Assembly (NCBI GenBank): GCA_951406725.2
Contig: OX597814.1
Location: 195,548,001 to 195,612,000, forward strand
From: Octopus vulgaris
Lineage: Eukaryota
Reading direction: 5' to 3'
Length of the DNA stretch: 64,000 nt
Below, piece by piece: positions 11,726 to 25,638 of this stretch. The notes beneath the pieces were generated by a model that was not told the origin of the DNA, ran no database searches, and saw nothing but the letters and a program-made list of their open reading frames with translations. Numbering within the stretch: the first letter of the stretch is position 1; the number at the start of each line of letters is the position of its first letter. A program made the translations under genes and the position numbers.

Positions 11726-12475
11726 GTCCCTTCCTGTGTTTCACGTTCATTATATATAAAAACATTCATTCTTATATTATTGCGGCGTTACGTGCACCCC
11801 CCCGTTTGTTTGTCCAATTTTAAACCCTGCACGACTTCTATACACACTGTCTTTCCTGCCCGCCATTGCTTCTTCACCAAACTTTTTGGCGCCCTCCGAT
11901 TCTTCCCCTCTCTTCCTCCCATCCTCCTCCCATCCTCCTTAATCCCTTCTTTCTCCTTTTCTCTTGGTCACTGATTCTGTCCCCTGCCTTCCACCCTCTT
12001 TGATTCCCTCTCTCTCTGTCTCTCTTTCTCTCTCTCTCCTGCGACCTGCTGCTTCTTAAACCATTCTGTTGGCCTTCGTATCTCGACCAACATGTGTCCC
12101 CGCTACCGAAACGGTAATTATTTCTACGCCAGCTATGTTGTTGTTGTTTCTGTCTCATTTGGTCTAAAGTCGTATGACAACCACCGTTATATATGTTTTG
12201 TTTGTTCATTACCGTTTTCAATTTCGTTTTCGTCTCTTGTGTTTACATCCGTCTTGTGCGTTCACATTCCTGTCTTCTACCAAGAAATCTAATGCTTACA
12301 GCTTAGTTTTTTTTCTTGGGGCTGGCCGAGTTGGAGCAAATATCAGAATTGAACAGCCGAAATTTGCTATGATGGTTCGGTGTCTGACTGAAGATTGAAG
12401 GCTTCGAATGATTTGTCTGTGTTCCGTGTTCGTCCCTTCCTGTGTTTCACGTTCATTATATATAAAAACATTCAT
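11723..12475. mobile_element. Unclassified element with 47-bp terminal direct repeats
   Basis: TTCGTCCCTTCCTGTGTTTCACGTTCATTATATATAAAAACATTCAT at 11723-11769 and 12429-12475; (TA)n on both sides. Confidence 0.6.
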
Positions 12476-12480
12476 CATTA

Positions 12481-12530
<50 letters not shown>

Positions 12531-12644
12531 CATATATATATATATATATACATGTATATGTATATATATATATGTGTATATATATATATGCATATATATA
12601 TATTCTTATATACATATAGGCATATATATATACATACATGCATG

Positions 12645-13836
12645 TCTATAATATAAATCCCGTTCTGTCTATGTGTATGGGTAAAAGATTATAAAGGCAG
12701 TATTTCAACTGGTTTTCTCCAAACGGGAACATACATTTCTTATGTTCTAGGAATGGTTTTGGACTCTTAAAATCTTTTACATAATGTGTGACTGGTCCCC
12801 CGAGGGCAGAAAACATCTTATTTCTTATTTACCTTCTGCCCGTCGTATTAAGAAATCGAATTTCCATTACCCAGTTATTTTCATTGTTTAGTATCTTCTG
12901 TACCCGTGTATTTCTGTATACGTATATAACCGTGTCTAGAAGGAAAGTGTCAAATTTGTCTACAATGTCAAGGCCAGGCAAAATAATGCCTCTGTCCATG
13001 GAAAAAGAGACCGCTGCAGAAAGGAAGCATACCAAGAAATAAACAGAGTGCACTATAAAAGCCAGAGGATCTCAAAGTGATGAACAGAGGTATGCACGAC
13101 TCACAAGGAGTAGGATCTCCACTGCAGAACGAAAAGAAGTTGCAGCAGCTCAGAAAAGCAAATTCTCTGAAGCAACTTTCAATTATGATCCAGCAGTTCA
13201 TTATGCAGACGACACTAGAGTTTCCATTGGTGCAATGACAACTGAATACATACATTGTAAAGCAAGGAAGTGGCCTGGAGACACTTGCACCGTGCTGCAG
13301 TTGTGGCAAGGTTAAACTCCCTGCAATACCCCAACCTCTAGAGCCATTGAAGAAACTGCTGTCATCAACTGACCAAGATTCCAAGTACTTCTAAAACCAA
13401 TTTAGACAATACAACGCTGCACTACAGATGACATCATTTGGAAACACAAGAGATTTAACAGAACCAGGATTCAAGCAAACTTTCAAGATCGAAGCTCAGT
13501 TTTATCATCCGATTGGCTCTTTACTGCCTCTGTCAAATGAATCACGAAAATCTGCCTTTCATTGTTTATAATCTGTACCTGCTTTTTGGTTACGAAATAA
13601 GCTACACAAAACATGTTTTTGAATTACGTGTATTTACTTTATAGACATATATCAGTTAAAAACTTTCTTTTAGCATTTCACATAACGTCTATGATCCATG
13701 CTGGCATGGGTTGGAGAGTTATTAATGTAGAAAGTTGGTATCTCAGCTACTAGCAGTTGAGACCTGCGTAATCAATACGGCATTTAAAAATATCATTATT
13801 CTCTTTAACCCGGGCAACGCCGGGTATTTCTGCTTG
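12645..13836 (+). mobile_element. Internally deleted Helitron carrying a RepHel N-terminal fragment
   Basis: 5' TCTATAATATAAA; 13293-13540 translates CCSCGKVKLPAIPQPLEPLKKLL...RQYNAALQMTSFG...GFKQTFKIEAQFYHPIGSLLP; 3' hairpin CCCGGGCAACGCCGGG plus CTTG. Confidence 0.85.
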
Positions 13837-13970
13837 TGTGTATATATATATATGTATGTATATAAGTATAAATGATATAAATAAAATACGGAGATGTACT
13901 TGCATAGCGAGTGACTTGTATATATATATATATATATAAATAAGGATAAGATGTATATATATATATATGC

Positions 13971-14043
<73 letters not shown>

Positions 14044-14047
14044 TATA

Positions 14048-14430
14048 GGCGCAGGCGTGGCTGTGTGGTAAGAAGCTGGCTTCCCAACCACATAGTTCCG
14101 GGTTCAGTCCCTCTGCATGGCACCTTGGTCAAGCGTCTTCTGCTATAGCCTCGGGTCAACAAAATATTTGTGAGTGGATTTGGTAGACGGAAACTGAAAG
14201 AAGCCCGTCATATATATATAAAAATATTTGTGTGTGTGTGTTTGTGTGTTTGTCCGTCCACCATCGCTTGACAACCGATGATGGTGTGTTTACGTCTCCG
14301 TAACTTAGCGTTTCGGCAATAAAGAGGCCGATAGAATAAGTACTAAGCAAAGAATAAGTCCTGGGGTCGATTTGTTCGACTAAAGGCGGTGTCGCAGTCA
14401 AATGACTGAAACAAGGAAAAGAGTAAAAGA
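14048..14430 (+). mobile_element. SINE family B, full length
   Basis: Head GGCGCAGGCGTGGCTGTGTGG through tail GAAACAAGGAAAAGAGTAAAAG. Confidence 0.85.
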
Positions 14431-14453
14431 ATATATTTATATGTATATATGAA

Positions 14454-14499
<46 letters not shown>

Positions 14500-14505
14500 T
14501 TTCCG

Positions 14506-14537
<32 letters not shown>

Positions 14538-14725
14538 TACGTGTACAAGCGTAAATGTAAAACAAATAATACATTTGTGTACTAAACAGCTGAGTGATAA
14601 GATAAATAAATAGTATTATTGAAACAAGTATAGCCGTGTGTACATATGTCAGTTTATTTCTATACATAGCTTCAGTTAAATCGAGTGGCTTTGCAATCCA
14701 GATGTGTACCTCACACACACACACG

Positions 14726-14801
<76 letters not shown>

Positions 14802-15159
14802 CACGCACGCATATTTACTTATGTAAATGTTTATTTAAAGTTATTTGAAAGCAATTCTGTGAATAGCAGAACGTCTACTGATGAGAAGATTCAATATTTA
14901 TTATAGATCTTATTATAATTTTCTTTTAAAATAAGTCTTTAAGTTTCGACTGACGGCTTATTCAACCGTTAAATAAACCATGAAGTGCAAATTAAAATTT
15001 CTGGTCGAGGCTAATTTTGTAATATATTTACCTATATATACGTACAAATACGCAATTAATTATACACAAGCGCATAGACATACCACAAGTCCCCAAACAC
15101 TTACACACATGTTACACACACACACACACAGACACACACATATACATACGCACACATTG

Positions 15160-15435
15160 TGGCTGTCTGCTTCTTGTAGAGCTTGACTTCTTCTTTTACC
15201 TGCAATTGCTCTTTCCCAGCGTGAGATCTTCAATAACTTTTGAGCCCTGAAAGGCGTTTGAAGAGCTCATCACAAATACTGCATCAATGTCTCATTTTAT
15301 CGTTGGCTCCATTTTCCGCTTGTTTATTATAACTATCCAAGTATCGCTTCAATTCTCTGCGTAATTTGCCGGATCCTTTAGACACGTTTCATTGAAACTG
15401 GTCGCCCAGAATCAAATTCCAATAGTTCACCACGC
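15160..15435 (-). pseudogene. Decayed RTE-like LINE C-terminus
   Basis: Minus translation includes WNLILGDQFQ* and CSICDELFKRLSGLKSY*RSH (terminal C2H2-like finger typical of RTE). Confidence 0.45.
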
Positions 15436-15450
15436 TGGTGCGATCTTATA

Positions 15451-15684
15451 CCTATTTCTTTACTACCCACCAGGGGCTAAACACAGAGGAGACAAACAAG
15501 GACAGACAAACAGATTACGTCGATTATATCGACCCCAGTGCGTAACTGGTACTTATTTAATCGACCCCGAAAGGATGAAAGGCAAAGTCGACCTCGGCGG
15601 AATTTGAACTCAGAACATAAAGACAGACGAAATATTGCTAAGCATTTCGCCCGACGTGCTAACGTTTCTGTCAGCTCGCCGCCT
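15451..15684 (-). mobile_element. SINE family A with target-site duplication
   Basis: TGGTGCGATCTTATACC at 15436-15452 and 15685-15701. Confidence 0.9.
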
Positions 15685-16036
15685 TGGTGCGATCTTATAC
15701 CAGCATGAAATACACATACTTTTGTGCATAAACAACATTTAAAGAAGGAATGAGAAGCTCTCGCAAATCTATTGATATTAATCTCATTTTTACGAAGTTG
15801 TCATTGCAATTCAGCGTGTTTAGCTCTGTCAAGTAAAAAATATTAACAGCGCACCAAATCGTAATTCTCCATCCTTCCCTACCTGCTGCGATTCAAGATA
15901 TTTGTAGCATAATTTATGGCGTTTCAAATTTGATTTTAAAAGTCGAAGTGTCTATGTATGTATGTATGTATGTATGTATGTATGTATGTATGTATGTATG
16001 TATGTATGTATGTATGTATGTATGTATGTATGTATG

Positions 16037-16093
<57 letters not shown>

Positions 16094-16099
16094 GTGTAC

Positions 16100-16622
16100 A
16101 GACCATTAAACATAACGCGTTCAGTCCGCCAAGAATGCTCCCCTCTCGTCGCTTCTGTACGCATTGACTCTAGAGCCACTACTGCGGAAGCTGGTGACGC
16201 TGAGAAGCATCCCGTGAGAACGGATGCGGGAGGAGCGTGTCTGCATGGGCTGACGACGTCACCGTGATAGTGTCGAGCCATAGGCATATCTACATGGTCG
16301 GCGAGAAGCTAAAATAATACGAAGCGGTAACAGGAACGAAAATTAACCGAGAAAAGTCAGTGGGCTTGCGACTCGGTACCTAGAGAAGCAAGCCCATGCC
16401 GTCCAACAGCATCTCCATCGTGGAACGCTGAACCGACGGACCGGTTAAATTGCTCGGGGTCTGGTTCGGTCCGGACTTCCAAATGGAGAAGAACTGGCAC
16501 GAGATAACGAGTAGGGTGGCCACACTCACCGAGGAATGGGCCCAGTGGAAGCTATCCCTAAAAGGTCGGGCGGAGGTGGCGAACGCGTACATCGCCACCG
16601 TCATCGATTACCGTCTGACCGT
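16100..16622 (+). pseudogene. Tx1/L1-clade LINE reverse transcriptase fragment
   Basis: Frameshifted SVRQEC-PLSSLLYALTLEPLL, SAWADDVTVIV (YADD-equivalent), INREKS, LLGVWFG..NW, LSLKGRAEVAN; preceded by (TCTA)n. Confidence 0.85.
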
Positions 16623-16792
16623 TGTGATTGCGGCCATGCTGGATCACCGCCTTTAGTCGAACAAATCGACTCCAGGACTTGTAAGCCTAGTACTTATTCT
16701 ATCGATCTCTTTTGCCAAGCCGCTAAGTTACGGGGACGTAAACACATCAACATCAATTGTCAAGCGATGGCTGGGGGACAAACACAGATACG

Positions 16793-16831
<39 letters not shown>

Positions 16832-17254
16832 TAACAATATAGGATGAAGTCCCTTTCTCTACAGAAAAGGATTCCATCAAAAAGCGTGGCAGTATATTAA
16901 AACAACCTTTACGGTTGAAGTATAAACATCTTATAATTAAGGGCTATAGAAGGCTATTCTAAAGCCAATACACTGATTTATCCACTTATAATCTTGTTAC
17001 AGGAAAATTGAACTGAAGGCGGGCAACTAACCATTAGAAAATTTAAATTTCGTTATCTCTATATTGAATCAATTTCGGAATTAATCCCTATAAAGGATAC
17101 ATTCTTCTTCGGTAGAGCTTTCGAGGGGATATAAATAAAATAAAATAGGTTAGTTGCCCGCTTTCAGTTCAATTTTCCTGTAACAAGTTGATTATAAGTG
17201 GATAAATCAGTGTATTGGCTTTAGAATAACCTTCTATAGCCCTTAATTATAAGA
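16832..17254 (-). mobile_element. HHR-containing element with inverted duplication (arms about 16926-17032 and 17148-17254)
   Basis: About 105-bp inverted repeat enclosing an HHR; inserted in (TA)n. Confidence 0.75.
17057..17117 (-). ncRNA. Type I hammerhead ribozyme (U4C variant)
   Basis: Minus: CTCTA-CCGAAGA-AGAAT..ATCCTTTATAGGGAT..ATTCC-GAAA-TTGATTCAA-TA-TAGAG. Confidence 0.7.
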
Positions 17255-17520
17255 TATATATATATATATATACACACAACACATATAAATATACGAAGGG
17301 CTTCTTCCAGTTTCCGTCTACCAAATCCACTCACAGAACTTTGGTCGGCTCGAGGCTATAGTAAAAGACACTTGCCCAAGTTGCCACGAAGTGGGACTGA
17401 ACCCGGAACCATGTGGTTGGAAATCAAGCTTCTTACCGCACAGCCAATGTGGAATTATTTTAATAGAACAAAACCTTGCGAGTAAATGGAGCCAAACACA
17501 CCTGCGTGAAAGCTCATCAG

Positions 17521-17950
17521 ACGCAGGCGTGGCTCTGTGGTAAGAAGATTGCTTTGCAGCCAGATTGTTCCGGGTTCAGTCCCACTGGGTGGCATCTTTG
17601 GTAAGTATGTTCTACAATAGCCTAGGACCAACCAAAGCCTTGGGAGTGGATTTGATAGGCGGAAACGTATAAATATATGTATTGTATATCTATGTGTGTG
17701 TGCGCGTGTCGTCCTGTCTGTGTTTGTTTCCCCACCACTACTTGACAACCGATGTTAGTGTTTACGTCCCCGTAACGTAGCAGTTCGGCAAAATAGACTT
17801 ATACAATAAGTACCAAGTTAAAAAAAAACAAAAAACAAAAAGCAAAAAACAAAAACAAAAACAGAAGTACCGCGGTCGATACATTCGACTAAAAATTCAA
17901 GGCGGTGCTCCAGCATGGCCGCAGTCTAATGATTGAAACAAGTAAAAGAT
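17521..17950 (+). mobile_element. SINE family B
   Basis: Head and tail match the family. Confidence 0.8.
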
Positions 17951-18559
17951 AATGGTTTGTACTTGTAATGGAGGCGGCCATCTTATTTACACTGCTGTTT
18001 TATGATTATATTAAAGTTACGATTGTATACGGAATACTCAGTTTCTTATATTATCAGTCCATGTGTAAAGAGCTCAGTTAATTTATCATCTGGAATATTT
18101 ATCGCTGAAAGTGATCGTTGATCCAGTCAATTATTTCTTCTGCATACGTACACACATGCATACGTACATACATGCATACATGCAAATATAACGGAGGTCA
18201 ACTCGTTACTGAATTATACCACATCCTAATCACGGTAAGTCCAAGTAAATGATGCAAGAGACCAAGATGTTCCTGTGCATGAAATTGTTCTGAGTGGATG
18301 AGGTGTTGCACAGCAATGAATCAACTTATCGATGCAATCCGCTATAAATCCAGAGGCACAACAGGGTCTGAAACGACCAGAAACCAACTGCACTTCAGGT
18401 TCTTTATGTTTACCGTCTCCTAGAACGAAATTCTAACAAGAAGAAAGTATTCTTCACCTCAGTGGTTATAATTAATCTATAGACCCATAGCTGGGACCCT
18501 AATAGGTGCTGCTAGTCCGGGTCAATGTAGATTTGGAAATAATATTGACTAAGATGTTA

Positions 18560-18952
18560 AGGTGGCGAGCTGGCAGAAACGTTAGCACGCTGGGCGAAAT
18601 GCTTAGCGGTATTTCGTCTGCCGTTACGTTCTGAGTTCGAATTCCGCCGAGGTCGACTTTCATCCTTTCGGAGTCGATAAATTAACTACCAGTTACGCAC
18701 TGGGGTCGATATAATCGACTAAACCCGTTTGTCTGTCCTTGTTTGTCCTCTCTGTTTAGCCCCTTGTGGGCAATAAATAAATAGGTATTTCGTCTGCCGC
18801 TACGTTCTGAATTCAAATTCTGCCGAGGTCGACTTTGCCTTTCATTCTTTCGGGTTCGATAAATTAAGTACCAGTTGTGTACTGTGGTCGATCTAATCAA
18901 CTAGCTCCCCCTCCCTCAAAATTTAGGGCCTTATGTCTAGAGTAGAAAAGAT
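18560..18952 (+). mobile_element. SINE family A dimer
   Basis: Head plus two bodies joined at AAATAG|GTATTTCGTCTG. Confidence 0.85.
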
Positions 18953-20036
18953 TTTTGCCTAAGATTGTCCACATTCCCAAGACCCTGGAATTCTCGTACC
19001 AGGCCCCAATATCCTCATGCATATATAGATACATACATACATATGTGCATGCATAATGCATACATTCATATATGCATTCATGCATACATGCATATATACG
19101 TAGGTACGTAAGTACGAGCGTGCTCGCCATACATAGTTATATGTATGTATACATAGATATGTGCATACCATATAGATATGTGTATGTAAACATAGATATG
19201 TGCATGCCACATAAATATGTGTATTTATACGTAGACATGAGTATGCATACATAAATATGTGCATGCCATACACAGATATTTGCATGCCATACATACATGC
19301 ATATAAACGTTCGCGCAACCAATACATGCATTCATGCATACATGCGTCCATGTATACACACATACGTACATATATACATACACTCGTGCGTATAGAGATA
19401 TGTCCATGCATACTCACGCCCACATACATATTTTATTGCATATGCATACATATGAACCTGCATACATGCCTGCATATATACATTCCTTCGTTATACCTGC
19501 ATACATAAATGCAAACACAAATACACACATGCATCTACACAAACATGCAAACACATACACACACATACATCAAATCGTACGTACACACAAACACACTTCC
19601 ATATACTTACATAAACACTAACAGACCTACATAAACCTGCGCACAAATAAACATGCGCATATAGAAACATGCGCATGCGTCTAAACACACATGTAGACGT
19701 ACACACAGAAACAATCTTATATCTTTATAGCAGAATATTCCAGATAGAAAAACACGCTTACATATGCACAAGTTTGTGCACAAACACATGCAGAAACACA
19801 ACGGCGTACATGGACGTTGATATCAAACAGAGTAGGGTATGCATGTACTGGTATATAAAATATTTACCTTAATGAAAAACTCAAAATTGAATTCACTTTC
19901 AAAGAAACGAAAACCAAATAATTAAATTTAAAACAAATCAACTGAAAAATATATAAATGAAACTTAATGTAAAGAGCAGCTATAAAAGATGAAAGCTTAT
20001 ATAATGTGTGTATATATATATATATACATATATATG

Positions 20037-20124
<88 letters not shown>

Positions 20125-20340
20125 CACACACATGTATAGCTATCTATATATCTATACATAACTGCAAGCATATATATTGATGAATATATAAATTAATGTA
20201 TGTATGTATGTATGTATATATATACATATGTATATGTATATATAAATATAAGTATATATATATTTACATATATATGTATATACATATATATACATATATT
20301 TATATATACAGAAGTACATACATACATGCATACATATACA

Positions 20341-20436
<96 letters not shown>

Positions 20437-20620
20437 TATATATATCTATATACATGTCTGTCTGTCCGTCTCTCTCTCTATATGTATATGTATCTATATA
20501 TATATGTGTGTATATATATGCGTATAAATGTTTATACACAAACATATCCATACATCCATACATTGGTATATGTATGCACCTATATTTAAATATACGTGTG
20601 TGTATCTAGCTACCTATGTG

Positions 20621-20690
<70 letters not shown>

Positions 20691-21129
20691 AGTACGATAT
20701 CTATCTGTCTGACTGTCTCCTGTCTGTTTGTCTGTCTCTCTCTCTCTATCTAAATAGAAATATATTTACATTTTATGTATATATGTATATTAAAATATAT
20801 AGTGTATATATGTATGCAAGCATGCCTGTACGTATGCTATAATACGCACCGTTTGAAGACGTAAGTTTCAGTTTATATTTAATAATTTAAATGATTTAAT
20901 AAAGTTTATACAGCAACTAACTGATTCCTATAATTTTAGTATTTTTATCTGATTTTCTTCCAATAAATCATCTTCAGCCAGCAACCAAAAGCCTTATTGT
21001 AGCTTCTTAATTCTTTTTATTTATCGAAATTTATTTACATCCTTTACTGTTTTCACATTTCCTCTACAGTTTGCTTATGACCTAATCGCATCATCATCAT
21101 CATCATCATCATCATTATTGGGCACAGGG

Positions 21130-21790
21130 CTATTTTGTCCTTCTGTGTTTTGTGAGTTCAACTTCCGCCCGTTTTGCTATCATTCCTAGGGTACCTATGA
21201 CAACAGGTATTGTTTTAGTCTTGAGGTTCCGCATTTTGCCAATTTCTATTTCAAGAGCTTTATACTTACTCAGTTTTTGGTAGGTCTTGACAGATACGTT
21301 TATATCGATTGGGACAGTCATATCAACGAAGAGGCATTAGTTTTGTCTGAAGTCTTTCAATGTAATGTCTGGCCTATTTGCATCTATCTTTCTGTCAGTT
21401 TGAATAGTGAAGTTCCAGAGGGGTGAGATGTGACCATTTTCAAGCCCTGGAGGTGGTTTGTGTTCCCACCAGTTTTTATCATGGGGCAAATCCAGGTTTT
21501 TGTATATAACCCCGTGAATATACTGTGCAGCTCTATCATGCTTGTTGAGATATTCTGTAGGCGCTAGAAGACTGCACATGGAGACAACATGATCAATGGT
21601 TTAATTTTTTGTTGATATACAGGACATGTTGGGAAGCTGCTGTTCTTTAATATGTTGGCCTCGTAGTTCCTTGTAGGTAGGCATTGATCTTGGGCCTCTG
21701 CGATAAACCTTCTGTTTCTGATTTTAAGCCAGAATCCATTTGTCATTGATGGGTAAGAGCTTCGTCAACATCGGCATTATTCGCTCTCTT
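21130..21790 (-). pseudogene. R4/Dong-clade LINE, zinc knuckle and restriction-like endonuclease fragment
   Basis: AQDQCLPTRNY, HDRAAQYIH, WNFTIQTDRKIDANRPDI, DMTVPID, KLSKYKALEIEI, IPVVIGTLG. Confidence 0.85.
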
Positions 21791-21812
21791 TGTTGTTATT
21801 GTTATTATTATT

Positions 21813-22223
21813 ACTCTTTACTCTTTTACTTGTTTCAGTAATTTGACTGCGGCCATGCTGGAGCACCGCCTTTAGTCGAGCAAATCAACCCCGGGACTTA
21901 TTCTTTGTAAGCCCAGTACTTATTCTATCGGTCTCTTTTGCCGAACCGCTAAGTGACGGGGACGTAAACACACCACCATCGGTTGTCAAGCAATGCTAGG
22001 GGGACAAACACAGACACACAAACATATACACACAAACTTATACATATATATACATATATACGACAGGCTTTTTTCGGTTTCCGTCTACCAAATCCACTCA
22101 CAAGGCATTGGTCGGCCCGGGGCTATAGCAGAAGACACTTGCCCAAGATGCCACGCAGTGGGACTGAACCCGGAACCATGTGGTTGGTTAGCAAGCTACT
22201 TACCACACAGCCACTCCTGCGCC

Positions 22224-22224
<1 letters not shown>
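21813..22224 (-). mobile_element. SINE family B, full length
   Basis: Complete head to (AAGAGTA)n tail. Confidence 0.9.
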
Positions 22225-22272
<48 letters not shown>

Positions 22273-22273
<1 letters not shown>

Positions 22274-22411
22274 GAGTGAGAGAGAGCAGTGCATGCCATC
22301 AACGTGACATTAAGGTAAAATATACGAAGCCCAGTATACCCATCACGACTACCAGCTCGATAAGGGCAAACCAGGTACATGCATCATAACCATATGTGCG
22401 CGACATGGAGA
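22273..22411 (-). mobile_element. Family D terminal fragment
   Basis: Matches 22978-23115; abuts (ATT)n. Confidence 0.75.
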
Positions 22412-22913
22412 TCCCTACTGCTATTTTCCATGACTTGTGTTTTGATAGCTTCGAGCTCTATTTCTTTGAACCAACAATTTATTCTTATTGCTCTAGCTTG
22501 ATCACATAGTCTCTGTTCCGTGAGTTGAAACAATCCCTTTTCTCTCCAATGATCATACATACATTGTCGGTAACCCCTAATTTGAGCACCATTTTCATCT
22601 ACCGAACTGCTCAGGTAGTAGCACTACATGACCACAGTATTAATTTGCTTACTCAATCTACGCCATGTGTGGTGGTTCCTTTCTGGATACCGACAGGCTG
22701 GAGCCGGACCAGAATCTCTGAGCCAACCGGGTGTAACACTGTCACCATCATTGTCTTCAGTTTCATTACCACCATTATTCACAATATTTTGTTTATTCAT
22801 TGTCATTCGTATGAATTTGCGATTATCAGATTGCGCAATTACCAGTGTTTTTATTGTAACACCCTCACGAGATGTATCATTAATCAGCCCATGGGGAGGT
22901 TCCACCCGTTTCC

Positions 22914-22916
<3 letters not shown>
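22412..22916 (-). pseudogene. R4/Dong-clade LINE 5' end and ORF N-terminus
   Basis: VVM*CYYLS...RGYRQCMYDHWREKGLFQLTEQRLCDQARAIRINCWFKEIELEAIK; preceded by (TAA)n on the minus strand. Confidence 0.75.
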
Positions 22917-22977
<61 letters not shown>

Positions 22978-23443
22978 GAGTGAGAGAGCAGTTCATGCCA
23001 TCAAAGTGACACTGGGGTAAAATATACGAAGCCCAATATACCCATCATGACTACCCGTCTGATAAGGGTACACCAGGCACATGCATCACAACCATATGTG
23101 CGCGACATGGTGATCTTATATCAAGATAAACAGCACATGACCTTGCAGGTGAGGCCCAGTTAGAATTTTCTTCAGGTTGAGTAGCCCATCCCGCTCAAAA
23201 GGTCCCTGAATAAGGGTTGTTTAAGGATGTTGAAAGAACCACCCATGTTTCCAGAGGTGAATTATTCAAACCCCAAAGAATCCCTCTCAACACATGGCTA
23301 TGATGCTCCCCCACTACTTCTGCTCGTGATCAGAGATGCACATATCGTCAGCCACTAAGGGACATGCTCAACTGGTTAAGGTCAAACAACTGACAAGCAA
23401 ATCTGTGGTATTGAGCAGAATATTTGCTGTAGCCCATCTTTTT
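22978..23443 (-). mobile_element. Interspersed repeat family D within (TAA)n
   Basis: Homologous to 5738-6028 and 22273-22411; (ATT)n on both sides. Confidence 0.75.
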
Positions 23444-24819
23444 ATTATTATTATTATTATTATTATTTGTAGTAGCAGCAGTGGTTGTAGCAACAGCAAC
23501 ACTAGCAGGGGTGGGGTAGTGGTAAAGGTGGTAGTTGGGCCTCAGATTCCTGTGCTATCATAATAGTAGTAGTTGTGGTATTATTGTAGTATTAGTAGTA
23601 TTTAGTATTAGCAGCTGCAGCATATTATTATTTTTATTTTTATCATTATCACCATAACCACCACTACCATTGTTATTATCATTATTACTATTTCCAGTTA
23701 TTATTAAAAGATTTTACTACATGTTCTTTATTTTCAACTTTTGTCTTGTACTTGAGATAATCACAAATATGTAGTTGTTGGAGGAAATAGTTAGGTAGCA
23801 AGTTGGTGGATAGATCATATTCTACAGGTCTATACATAGATTCGGCAGATGGTGGGGAGGTCAGCCATAGAGACAAAGGAATCTTCGTACCCTTTGGGTC
23901 AGCAGAGGTCAAATATGTTTACTGCTACCAGTGACCACTGAGAGCGCTGCCTTGAAAAGAAGCAATTCAACCTGTTCTATTTGTAATTACTGGTAGAAAA
24001 AACAATAATAACACACACATATATATATATACTGATATTCACGTCGTTGAATTTTTTAATTTCTGAATTCAATTGTGTTGTTGCAATAAAAGGTGTGTTT
24101 ACGTATTTGGGTAATATATTAAAGTTTAAAGTTTTCTTGAGATGTTCGTTTGTCTGTCCAGTTGGAGAATACAGTAGGACTTTTGCAATGAAAGGGATGT
24201 TTACATTTTCGAATACTCAGGGAGATTAAAAATAAAAGAAAACAAGTTGTCGATAGTAAAGTTTTAAGATTTACTTATTATGGTCTTTTGTATGACCGCA
24301 CAGACTGAAATGGTAATGTTCTTAGAATAAAAAGGAGGATGATGTTTACATTTTCGAATACTCAGGTAGAAAGGAACGGATAGGCATTCACACAGTAGTT
24401 GGAAATATTAAAGGTTTTTTTTAAAGCTGATCGTTTGTGTGTTCGAAAGCTGTAGGTATGTAAGTTTCCTAACTTATTTTATTTTGAGGGAGATTTAAAA
24501 TATTCACAGGAAATTGTAGATATTCCAATCTTTGTGAATAGTAGGAACAAGAAATGTTCACCTTGTAGGATTTTTGAATTTCTGAATTTCTTTTTCTCTT
24601 TCTTTTGGAATTTTTCTTTTCTTTTTTAAACGTTTTGCTGTGGTTTACAGTTTTTGTAATTTTTCAGTATGTTTATATTGACAGGTACTTACTTTCCTAA
24701 TTTTTTTTTGTGCATTTAATTATGTTGTTACAATAGAGGGTATGTTTACATATTCTGTTAGTCAGGGAAGAAGGAAAGACAAAATGTTCACACAAAATTA
24801 GAGATATTAAAGTTTCTAA

Positions 24820-25020
<201 letters not shown>

Positions 25021-25027
25021 TTATCAT

Positions 25028-25345
25028 TTGGCTTGGCACAGGTTCGGTCTTATTCCTGGTCAGAATTATGCAGGTAGCGGGCTGCTACCTATAACCTTAG
25101 ATATCCACAAGTTTCCAGTAGTCTTTCAAGTGCTTAGAATCCTGCTGATAAGCTTTTCTGTCCTTAAGAGACACATATTCTGTAGGATCTCTACAGAGCA
25201 TTCTATTCCAATCTCCTTCAGCCCTTTGTCTGCATCTTTTCTAACTGTCCCCAAAGCACCAATTATTATAGACACAAGCTTTACTGTTCTCATACTCCAA
25301 ATTCTTCCTATTTCAAACTTTAAGGGATTGTACTTTTTTGTCTTT
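25028..25345 (-). pseudogene. R4/Dong-clade LINE 3' end
   Basis: LKFEIGRIWSMRTVKLVSIIIGALGTV...LQNMCLLRTEKLISRIL, then a short UTR and (TAA)n. Confidence 0.75.
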
Positions 25346-25398
25346 CGTCATATCACTGAAACAAGTAAAGGAGTAAAAAAAAAAAGAATATATATATA

Positions 25399-25638
25399 TC
25401 GTTTTTGGATTTGGTTTGCAAAATTCTTTATTTGAGTACGTGTGTTGAAGCATATTCTGTTGTGTCTGGGGACAGTCATTTTCTTTTTGTGCCTTATAAT
25501 TTAACACACTCACCGATAAAATTTCCAGTAATTCCTTACTTTTATTTTTATTTCAAAACTAAGGAATAAGTGGAAATTTTACCGGTGAGTGTGTTAAATT
25601 ATAAAGCACAGAAAAAATGACTCTCCCCAGACACAACA

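Larger units (their letters stand above)
16622..17445 (-). mobile_element. SINE family B split by an insertion in its internal TA tract
   Basis: 3' half 16622-16790, 5' half about 17290-17445. Confidence 0.75.
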
